Under the pieces are notes generated by a model, which did not search any database, was not told the origin of the DNA, and worked only from the letters and a program-made list of their open reading frames with translations. From the NCBI GenBank assembly GCA_965227515.1, contig CBDDFZ010000001.1, forward strand, positions 3,712,001 through 3,776,000: 64,000 bases of DNA, written 5' to 3'. Positions within the stretch are counted from its first letter, which is position 1. Each line of letters begins with the position of its first letter. Origin of the DNA: Alphaproteobacteria bacterium (GTDB taxonomy: Bacteria; Pseudomonadota; Alphaproteobacteria; CALKHQ01). This document shows, piece by piece, positions 56,547 to 64,000 of this stretch. A program made the translations under genes and the position numbers.

Positions 56547-58955
56547 CTACTGCGATTCACTGCATGCGGCCGGGAGCCGCCCCAACAGGCTATCGAGCAG
56601 GTCCTGCGCTTCGGCGCGTTGAGCATCGGTTAGCGCTGACGACACGTTGTTGAGCCTGTCGCGCGCACCGATGATGCCCGCATCGGCCGCAATCGCGTAG
56701 TAGGCATAGGCGCTTTGAAAATCCGGCCGTGCCGCGGCCAGGCCCGAGAGATAGATGCCGCCAAGCCGTTCGGCCGCCAGATACCAGCCCGCATCAAGGG
56801 CTTCGCGGTAAAGCGTCACGGCGGAATCGCCACCGTCGCGGCTGGCTTCCTCGGCCTGGATCAGCGCGAGGCGCCCGGACTCGCAGACGTTGCTCGTGCC
56901 CGCCAGATTGAGTTCGAGCTGCGGCTGGATGATGGCCGCCAGGCTGGCATCCGCCGCCGCAAGGTCGCGCAGTTCCTCGAACGCGCCGCGAACGCCTTGA
57001 CTGTGGGCTTCCAGCAGGTAAGGCACGGCCTCGGCCGACCGGCGCAACTCGATCAACACCACGCCGTACCAGTACGCCGCCACCGCGTCGCCCCCGCTCA
57101 CCGTTGGCTGCGTCAGACTGAGCGCGGTCTGCAATCTCGCTGGGTCGTCCGAGAACCGCGCAACCGTCCGCAACAGGCGGAAGGCGGACCGGCCATCGCC
57201 GGCACGCACCGCCTGCTCGTAGTAGGTCATTGCCTCGGCTGTCGACGGGCCCGACGCGTTGTCCATGGCCAGGTCACCGAGTATGCGGAACGCCCGCGCC
57301 TCGCCCTGGTTGGACGCCTGAACCAGCAGGTTGCGGGCCCGCGCCATGTTGTCGGCGCCGCCCTGGCCGATCAGCAGCGTGGCCAGTTCCAGCCGGGCTT
57401 CCGAATTCCCGGTCGCAGCCGCCCTGTCCAGAACGCCAATCAGGGTGGCTGTGTCGGCCAGGTTCGGGCGCTCCTCGACCAGTTTCGATAACCGCACTGC
57501 CGCCGACGCATTGCCGGCCTGCGCGGCGCGCAGATAGCTGTTCGCCGCAGCCTCGTAGTCGCCGCCTTCCTCCTGGATCCGGCCAAGGTCATACAGAGCA
57601 CCAGCGTCGCCCGATTGCGCCGCCTGTTGTAGCGCGGCGACAGACTGCGGGCCGGCCCCGCCCCCAACCAGGCGCGCGAGCCGGTCGGCGGCGTCGCCAC
57701 GGCCGCCGTTCGCGGCAAGCTGGTAGTAGCGGATCGCCTGCTGAACGTTGGCGATGTCCCTGCCGCCGGATTCCAGCACCCGGCCGACGCGGTAGTACAC
57801 TTCAGGGTCGCCAAGCAGGTCGGCCCAGGCGATGACGATGGCGAGTGCCGGCGCGCGGTTGCCGTCCGGGTCCGTCACGCCATCCTCGAACAGGTTGAGT
57901 ATTCGGCGCGGTGCGGCGTCACGGCCGGCGGCATACGCCGCTTCCAAGTATGCGTAAGCTTCGCCGCGACGGCCGTCGGGCCCGTCGGCAAGGATCGCCC
58001 CGGCGTCATACGCCAGGTCGGGCTGGCCGGCGTCGATAAGCTGCCGGTAGATGGCCAGCGCCTCGTCGATCCGCCCTGTTGTAGCATAGAGATCGGCCAG
58101 ATCCTCGCGCGCCTCCGACGAGCCGGCGGCGTTGGCCTGCATGAATGCGCTTTCGGCCGCCGCCGGATCGTAACCCGGCGCGCCCGGATCTGACGCTATC
58201 CTGCCGAGCACGACATGGCCGCGCGCGTCGCCCCGGTCGATTGCGTAGCCGGCGTATTCGATCGCCCTGGCGCGATTGGCATATGCCGACCCTGGCTCGC
58301 TGTACAACCGAGCCAGGTTGACTGAGGCGCTGGCGTTGCCGCGAACATGCGCCCGTTCCAGCAATTCCATCCCGCGCACACGGTCGACCCGACCATATTG
58401 CGGGTCGAGGTAGATAACGCCGAGGTCGACGAGCGCCGACGTATTGTTTTGCGATGCCAGCGCTTCAAGCAACTCGATCGCACGCGCAATGTCGCGCGGC
58501 CGCCCGCCACCACCGGTCAGTTCGAGCCGCGCGAGCTCCAACTGGGCGGAATCGGAACCGCGCAATGTCGAAAGCACCAGCAAGTCGCGCGTCCGCTCCG
58601 GCGCCAGGTCGACCTCGCCGCGCGCCGACAAGATCGCGAGCCTTTCGCTGGCCCGCGGCTCGCCACGTCGCTGCGCCTCTTCGTACAGCTCCACTGCCCG
58701 GGCGACATCCAACGGCACACCGTCGCCGGTTTCGTAGGCGCGGCCACGGTCGTAGAAGTCACGGGCCGTTTCCAGTCGGACGCCCTGGTCCTGCTGCGCC
58801 TGGGTGGGCGTGAAGCTCGGCCTGTTGCCGCCGACGCACCCCGCCAGCGCCAGCGCCAGCGCACAGTAACCGAGGCCCCTGCCCAGGGGACGGAGTCCTA
58901 TCGTGGAGAGTGGCCGGCTTCGGCGGGACCGCTCCAGTCTATCGATGTCAACCAT
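56547..58955 (-). CDS. SEL1/TPR-repeat lipoprotein (AlgK-like scaffold)
   Basis: Start trimmed to MVDIDRLE; lipobox LALALAGC; many repeats of the A..LG..Y..G...D...A..Y..AA..G type. Confidence 0.82.
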   Translation of the reverse strand: MVDIDRLERSRRSRPLSTIGLRPLGRGLGYCALALALAGCVGGNRPSFTPTQAQQDQGVRLETARDFYDRGRAYETGDGVPLDVARAVELYEEAQRRGEPRASERLAILSARGEVDLAPERTRDLLVLSTLRGSDSAQLELARLELTGGGGRPRDIARAIELLEALASQNNTSALVDLGVIYLDPQYGRVDRVRGMELLERAHVRGNASASVNLARLYSEPGSAYANRARAIEYAGYAIDRGDARGHVVLGRIASDPGAPGYDPAAAESAFMQANAAGSSEAREDLADLYATTGRIDEALAIYRQLIDAGQPDLAYDAGAILADGPDGRRGEAYAYLEAAYAAGRDAAPRRILNLFEDGVTDPDGNRAPALAIVIAWADLLGDPEVYYRVGRVLESGGRDIANVQQAIRYYQLAANGGRGDAADRLARLVGGGAGPQSVAALQQAAQSGDAGALYDLGRIQEEGGDYEAAANSYLRAAQAGNASAAVRLSKLVEERPNLADTATLIGVLDRAAATGNSEARLELATLLIGQGGADNMARARNLLVQASNQGEARAFRILGDLAMDNASGPSTAEAMTYYEQAVRAGDGRSAFRLLRTVARFSDDPARLQTALSLTQPTVSGGDAVAAYWYGVVLIELRRSAEAVPYLLEAHSQGVRGAFEELRDLAAADASLAAIIQPQLELNLAGTSNVCESGRLALIQAEEASRDGGDSAVTLYREALDAGWYLAAERLGGIYLSGLAAARPDFQSAYAYYAIAADAGIIGARDRLNNVSSALTDAQRAEAQDLLDSLLGRLPAACSESQ

Positions 58956-58957
58956 GG

Positions 58958-61234
58958 TCAGCTCTGGCTTTCCTGAGACTGCAGCATGCGCCCCAGCTCG
59001 CTTCCCGCCTGGAAGAAACCGTTCTCGGAAGCCTGGCGCATCCAGTAGATGGCACGCTCCAAATCGGGCTCGCTGAGGAGCCCGCGCTCCAGCGCCACGG
59101 CAAGCTGGAACTGCGCCTCGCTGTCGCCGCTGTTGGCCGCACGCTCCAGCCACGAGAGCGCCGCGACATTGTCCGCGCCTTCCAGTTCGCCGAACGCGAT
59201 CAGGTTCGACATGTAGATCATCGCCGGCACATGGCCGGCCTCTGCCGCCATGAGAAGCCAGTCGTACGCCCGCTCGAAATCGGTGGGCACGACGCCGCCG
59301 GCGGTATACATCAGTCCCAGTTCGGTCGCCGCCGCGACATTGCCTGCCTCCGCACTGGCGGTGAAGTACTCCATCGCGAGGCGCTGATTGATCTCGGCCC
59401 CAATGCCAGTCGCGAAGGCCCGGCCCAGATAGTACTGCGCCTCGACATTGCCCGCCGCGAGCGCGGCCTTGTAGAGTTCGACGGCCTGGTAGGGATCGAA
59501 CTGGCCGGCGGAGCCGTCCCAGTAGGTTCCGGCCAACTCGACCATGGCGTCGGTGTTGCCGAGGTCCACCGCGCGCTCCAGCCACTCCAAGCCTTCCTCG
59601 GTGGTGCCGGCATCGCCCATCTCACCTCGCACGATTGCACGTCCAAGGTCGAGCATATGGTCGCTGGACCCGTTCTCGGCCACGCGCCGGGCCTCGGTCA
59701 GCCACTCCGCGGCATGCTCATCGGACTTGTCGACGCCGATGCCCTGGGCGTAGTGCCGCGCCACCTCGACGATGCCGCGGAAATAGCCGCGTTCCGCGCT
59801 CTGGCGGTAATAAGCGAACGACTGTTCCGGGTCCGGTTCGGCATAGCCGTCATCGCCATGGGCCACGCCGAGGTAGTAAAGCGCGCGCCCGTCGCCCTGC
59901 GCACCGGCGTCGCGCAACAGGCGCAGGCCGTTCTCGGGATCGTAGAGCGGCGAACCCGGATCGGCCTCCAGCTTGATCATGGCCAGTCCGATCGTCGCCG
60001 ACGTCGTCAATGGACGCCCGTTCTCGAGGGACTCCACCACCGTGACGGCGCGGTCGATCCGCCCGGTCGCGACCAGAACCTCGATCAGGTCGATGCTTGC
60101 GCTGACATCGCCCAGGAACGCCGCACGTTGCAGCAGCCGCTGCTCGGCGACCACGTCACCACTGCTGCCGGCCAGCCGTGCGGCAAGGCGGAAGGCGCGC
60201 GCCTCGTTGACCGCCATCGCGCGGTCGAGCCATTGCTGCGCAACGGTCGAGGGCACGTCCATCGCCGACGCCTCGTCGACCAGCAGGGTGCGGGCCAGGA
60301 TGATCGCCGCATTAGCCGAACCTTCGCTGGCGGCCTGGATCAAGAGGTCGCGGGCACGGGTCGGATCGGGTGCACCGTATGTCGGGTCCAGGTACATCTC
60401 GGCGCGACCGACCATGGCGTTCGCGTCGCCCCTGGCCACCGCATAATCAAGCCAGTTCAGCGCCTGGGCGACATCCTGCTCGATGGCAGGATGGCTGAGA
60501 TATGCCTGGGCCAGGTCCACCGCCTCGCCGGTGTCACCCTGCAGCGCATTCTGGCGCAGCATGGCGATGCCAAGCCTTGCCATGCCCTCCGCCTCGGCAA
60601 GGTCCTCCTCGGAGCCGCGGACGATCAACTGGCGCGACAGCAGCAGGGCTGCACGCCCCTCGCCTGCATTCAGGGCTCGGCGCAGCCACGGTTCGCTGGC
60701 CGCCATGTCGGCGGGCGCGCCAACGACGCCTTCGGCCAACGCCCGGCCGAGCTGCAGCGCCGCCGGGCCGTAGCCCGAGGAGGCGGCCTGCTCCAGCATC
60801 GTGCGCGCGGTCGCCAGGTCTTCCGCCGACTCCCGGGTTTCGATCAGCAGCAACGCCAGCTCGTATCTCGAGCGGTTGAGCAGCCGGCGCGCATCGCGCC
60901 CCGGCTCACCGTCCAGCACCTCCACTGCGCGCCTGAGGACGGCAATCGCCTGCTCGGCGTCGGACTGCCACAGGATGTGAGGGCTGGGATGGTTGCTGAG
61001 GTACCGGCCCAACTCGAACAGAACCGCGCCGTTATCGCTGGCACTCATTTCGGTCACCAGCGTGTCGATCAGTTCCTGATCGTTGGACAGCACTGCCGTG
61101 CGCAGGAGATCCAGCTGGTCGACCGTGCCTTCGGCCTCGACCGCGTCGACCGACTGCGCGTTCACGGGCAGCGGGTTCACGACGGCCAGTCCGGCGCTCA
61201 GAATGGCTGCACTCGCCAGAAGCATTTTTCTCAT
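58958..61234 (-). CDS. Periplasmic SEL1-repeat protein
   Basis: Signal peptide MRKMLLASAAILSAGLA; many SEL1 repeats, e.g. AQYYLGRAFATGIG and AATELGLMYTAGG. Confidence 0.85.
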   Translation of the reverse strand: MRKMLLASAAILSAGLAVVNPLPVNAQSVDAVEAEGTVDQLDLLRTAVLSNDQELIDTLVTEMSASDNGAVLFELGRYLSNHPSPHILWQSDAEQAIAVLRRAVEVLDGEPGRDARRLLNRSRYELALLLIETRESAEDLATARTMLEQAASSGYGPAALQLGRALAEGVVGAPADMAASEPWLRRALNAGEGRAALLLSRQLIVRGSEEDLAEAEGMARLGIAMLRQNALQGDTGEAVDLAQAYLSHPAIEQDVAQALNWLDYAVARGDANAMVGRAEMYLDPTYGAPDPTRARDLLIQAASEGSANAAIILARTLLVDEASAMDVPSTVAQQWLDRAMAVNEARAFRLAARLAGSSGDVVAEQRLLQRAAFLGDVSASIDLIEVLVATGRIDRAVTVVESLENGRPLTTSATIGLAMIKLEADPGSPLYDPENGLRLLRDAGAQGDGRALYYLGVAHGDDGYAEPDPEQSFAYYRQSAERGYFRGIVEVARHYAQGIGVDKSDEHAAEWLTEARRVAENGSSDHMLDLGRAIVRGEMGDAGTTEEGLEWLERAVDLGNTDAMVELAGTYWDGSAGQFDPYQAVELYKAALAAGNVEAQYYLGRAFATGIGAEINQRLAMEYFTASAEAGNVAAATELGLMYTAGGVVPTDFERAYDWLLMAAEAGHVPAMIYMSNLIAFGELEGADNVAALSWLERAANSGDSEAQFQLAVALERGLLSEPDLERAIYWMRQASENGFFQAGSELGRMLQSQESQS

Positions 61235-61269
61235 GATTATCCCCCCTTCTTGAGGTTGTCGGTCATGCG

Positions 61270-62430
61270 CTATTGCAGGTCGGCGCCGTTCGGTTCCCAC
61301 CAGAAGCATGTCGCGTTGCCGCCCGCGTAGTCGTCGATCAGCGGGCGCACAGGCGCCAGTTCCAGGTCGCGAAAGGCTTCGATGGTGGAAATGTCGTAGG
61401 CTGCCAGAACAGGCTGATGGCCCAGCTCGGTCCATGCCATGTAGTGCCGCTGGTGGCCGCGGGTTTCCATGAACCCCACGTCCTGCAGCCGGTAGTCCGC
61501 CGTGGGCCCCGGAATGTAGTTCTGGGCGGCGTAGGGGAAGATCAGCGCCGGCTCGACCAGCACAGTTCCCAGATAGTCCAGAATGGACTGGAAGCCCGCC
61601 TTTCCATCGCCGGACGTCAGGTCGATGCCATTCAGGGCCGCGACCTGAGCCATCAGGGCAAGCTCACCTGTCGACATGTTCGTGTACCACATCGCGCGGG
61701 CGCCACGGCGCGCCTCCAGCGGCAGGCTGCCGTCCGCACGCGCCTGGCCCAGCGCGATGTTGAAGCGCTCCACGCCCTTGTCGATGAGTTCGGCGTCGCC
61801 CACGATCGAACCCCACGTCATAAGGGCGGCGTCGGCGAGGTAGCGATGGTTGTTGTGGTCCACGTCCCCGTCGAAGGTGGCATCCAGCCGGCGCACGATG
61901 CCGTCGATCCACCGCTCTACCAGCTCGCGCTGGTCCGGCGTCATGTCGTCGGCGGCGATGCGGAACGCCACCATGGTGGGCAGCATCACGCGCTTGGTCG
62001 CATAGAACGGGTCGTAGTGTGTCGGCGTTTCGCCCAGCGCATCGGCCTCGGCCCAGGCCACCAGACCGTCGATCAGACTCTCGGAGGCGACCGCGTCGCC
62101 CGCCAGGCTGCGGCCGGCCAGCACCATGATCGACCAGGAAAACGCCTCGGCCCGGTTGTCGGTGCCGTACTCGTCGGTCGGGCCGAGGCCGGCGATGGGG
62201 TCGGCGATCGGCAGGACCTCTTCTGCCTCCGCAGCCATGCACGCCGCGAGCGCAGGCGCGTATTCCGGCTGTTGCAACAGACCCCGCCGCACATCGACGT
62301 CGAACACCGCCGGCCCGTAGGCCCCATCGGCGGCGTGTGCGGAGACCGACGCCAGCATCGCACCGCCGGCCAGCAGGCACCGCAGGCCCAGCCGCGCGGG
62401 CCGGACGGTTGAGACTTTCAACGGGTTCAT
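61270..62430 (-). CDS. Alginate lyase family protein (PL5/AlgL-like)
   Basis: Signal peptide; NNH catalytic motif (HNNHRY); DGSLPLEARRGARAMWYTN. Confidence 0.78.
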   Translation of the reverse strand: MNPLKVSTVRPARLGLRCLLAGGAMLASVSAHAADGAYGPAVFDVDVRRGLLQQPEYAPALAACMAAEAEEVLPIADPIAGLGPTDEYGTDNRAEAFSWSIMVLAGRSLAGDAVASESLIDGLVAWAEADALGETPTHYDPFYATKRVMLPTMVAFRIAADDMTPDQRELVERWIDGIVRRLDATFDGDVDHNNHRYLADAALMTWGSIVGDAELIDKGVERFNIALGQARADGSLPLEARRGARAMWYTNMSTGELALMAQVAALNGIDLTSGDGKAGFQSILDYLGTVLVEPALIFPYAAQNYIPGPTADYRLQDVGFMETRGHQRHYMAWTELGHQPVLAAYDISTIEAFRDLELAPVRPLIDDYAGGNATCFWWEPNGADLQ

Positions 62431-64000
62431 GATCCGGGTTCCCAGGTTACGCCGATGTTCGACACCGAATACGTGCCCTCGCACGTAGGCGCCGGCCCGC
62501 CGAATGCCCAGTCGTCCTGTCCGTCGCCGTGGAAAATTCCGGCTTCACGGAACGGGCACCCGTGGTGGCGTTCGAGAGGTTGCTGGCAAAGGTCGGCCAG
62601 CATGAACGACGAGCTTTCAAACGGGTATTGGCGGACCAGCAGGTTCAGCAGCGGCAGGAAGTCGCCTTCCAGCAGGCTGTTGCCGTTGGCGGCCACCCGG
62701 TTGTCAACGAATGTCGCCGCGTAGACATCTTCCATCCGTACGGCGCCGACATTGCCGCTGATGTGGTTGCCGATCAGCGTCGCGGACGCGTAAGTCCAGA
62801 ACGGGTCCTGTTCGAGGTCGCGCCAAGTGTGATCCAGCAACGGATCGGTATCGATGATGACGCCCTCCTTGTCGTTCTGCGTCATCACGTTGTCGAAGAC
62901 CGCGATATCGATGCTGTTGCGGATACGCAGGCCCGTGAGGCTGTTGTGGGAGAGCTGATTGTTCGCAACGATGGCGCATGCCGTCTCATAGACCGCGATG
63001 CCGTCATTGCCGTTTCCCCAAGCCGTGTTTCCGTAGATGATCGACCGGTTGCTGAGCCGATCGAGCATGATCCCGGCGCCGTGGTTGTCGAAGGATATGT
63101 TGCCGACGAAGAGGCCGGAAACCTCGCGCGAAACGATCAGCCCGTGCTTCTTCAACGTGCCGTACGCTGTATTCAGCGCCATCAGCACCGACTCGCTGTA
63201 GTCGTGCGGGTCAGGGCCGTAGATCACATTGTTCCGGTATTCGTTGCCGACGATATCTATGTCGTGGGTGTTGTAGCTGTAGAAGCCGTAGAACAGCCGG
63301 TCGAACAGGTTCTCGACCAGCACGATCTTCGGGCTCTCCATCACGGTCTCGCCCTCGAAGGTGAAGCCCTGCGGGCCGGACGAGACGCTGACACCCCACG
63401 ACTTGCGGTTGTTGTAGCCGAGCGCGCGGAAGTTGGTGCGGGTCGCGTAGATCTCGCTGCCGCTCCACCCGATGAGGAAGGGGCGGAAATTGAAGTCGTT
63501 CTCGCCGCTGACGAGCTCGCTGGGCGCTGACTCCTCGATACCCCAGGACGTGATGACGGTGTCGGCCACCACCATCCTGCCGCCGACCACCAGGTAGGCG
63601 TATTCATCGGTGGAAAGCCGCAGCTCCTTTGCGTCGGCGCCTGAGATCACCAGGGTCGCGCGCGGCCCGACGACGATTGGGCGATGCAGCGTGAAGACAC
63701 CGCCATCCACGGTCAGATAGTCGGCACGGCCCAGGCCGATCAGCGCCTCGCGCAGCATCGAGATCGTGTAGGTGCCGTGCTCAATATAGATAAGGTGGGG
63801 CAGCATCTCGCCTTGCCGCTGGGCGTAGTCCACCACGCCCACGATCTCGATGTACTTCTCGTTGTACGGGGTGCCGGTGATCGGCAGCCGCACGGTCAGC
63901 CCCTCCTCCGAGCCGGCGACAACGCGCTCGCGCACATCGGCGGGGACCAGGGTCAGCGCATCGGCGACGCGGTGGGAGAGGCCCGACAATTCCGGCCAGT
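62427..64000 (-). CDS. algG: Mannuronan C5-epimerase AlgG-like beta-helix protein, 5' end truncated by the window edge
   Basis: FRPFLIGWSGS, FYGFYSY, YRNNVIYGPDPHD (DPHD motif), KKHGLIVSREV, GIMLDRLS; frame open to the window end. Confidence 0.82.
   Translation of the reverse strand, partial: WPELSGLSHRVADALTLVPADVRERVVAGSEEGLTVRLPITGTPYNEKYIEIVGVVDYAQRQGEMLPHLIYIEHGTYTISMLREALIGLGRADYLTVDGGVFTLHRPIVVGPRATLVISGADAKELRLSTDEYAYLVVGGRMVVADTVITSWGIEESAPSELVSGENDFNFRPFLIGWSGSEIYATRTNFRALGYNNRKSWGVSVSSGPQGFTFEGETVMESPKIVLVENLFDRLFYGFYSYNTHDIDIVGNEYRNNVIYGPDPHDYSESVLMALNTAYGTLKKHGLIVSREVSGLFVGNISFDNHGAGIMLDRLSNRSIIYGNTAWGNGNDGIAVYETACAIVANNQLSHNSLTGLRIRNSIDIAVFDNVMTQNDKEGVIIDTDPLLDHTWRDLEQDPFWTYASATLIGNHISGNVGAVRMEDVYAATFVDNRVAANGNSLLEGDFLPLLNLLVRQYPFESSSFMLADLCQQPLERHHGCPFREAGIFHGDGQDDWAFGGPAPTCEGTYSVSNIGVTWEPGS

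Overview
High-GC, gene-dense bacterial DNA. Gene content, repeat types and the Fur-box style suggest an Alphaproteobacterium (inference). Main blocks: (1) 1-9.0 kb, polyol (erythritol/adonitol/L-arabitol-type) ABC uptake and catabolic operon, where the erythritol kinase gene is reduced to a 47-residue relic and eryH/eryR are absent; (2) 9.1-11.7 kb, an L,D-transpeptidase and an FAD-linked 2-hydroxyacid oxidase; (3) 11.7-30.7 kb, an uncharacterised catabolic island with a TRAP transporter, two DapA/NAL-family lyases, a HAD hydrolase, two Gfo/Idh/MocA enzymes, a subunit-3-fused Fe-S GMC flavoprotein, an HMF-oxidase-like GMC, an ALDH, a CoA transferase, a crotonase, a LarA-superfamily protein and a LacI regulator; (4) 30.8-40.1 kb, a second LacI unit (TctCBA, shikimate-DH-like, MR-subgroup enolase, DUF4286-like, MaoC, CoA transferase) marked by two perfect TGTAACCGGTTACA palindromes; (5) 40.2-46.8 kb, a ribose-type ABC transporter, SDR, FadR-type regulator and Ldh_2 enzyme; (6) 46.9-56.1 kb, a heme uptake system (very long TonB, two ExbD, ExbB, receptor, HmuTUV, IsdG-like monooxygenase) with three Fur-like boxes; (7) 56.3-64 kb, the distal part of an alginate-like exopolysaccharide operon (AlgG-like C5-epimerase, AlgL-like lyase, two large SEL1-repeat proteins). 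Block 7 is the most striking observation in this apparent non-Pseudomonas, non-Azotobacter host. No rRNA, tRNA, CRISPR array or transposase was recognised. All family calls come from motif recognition by eye, not database searches, and several start codons were trimmed from the ORF track.
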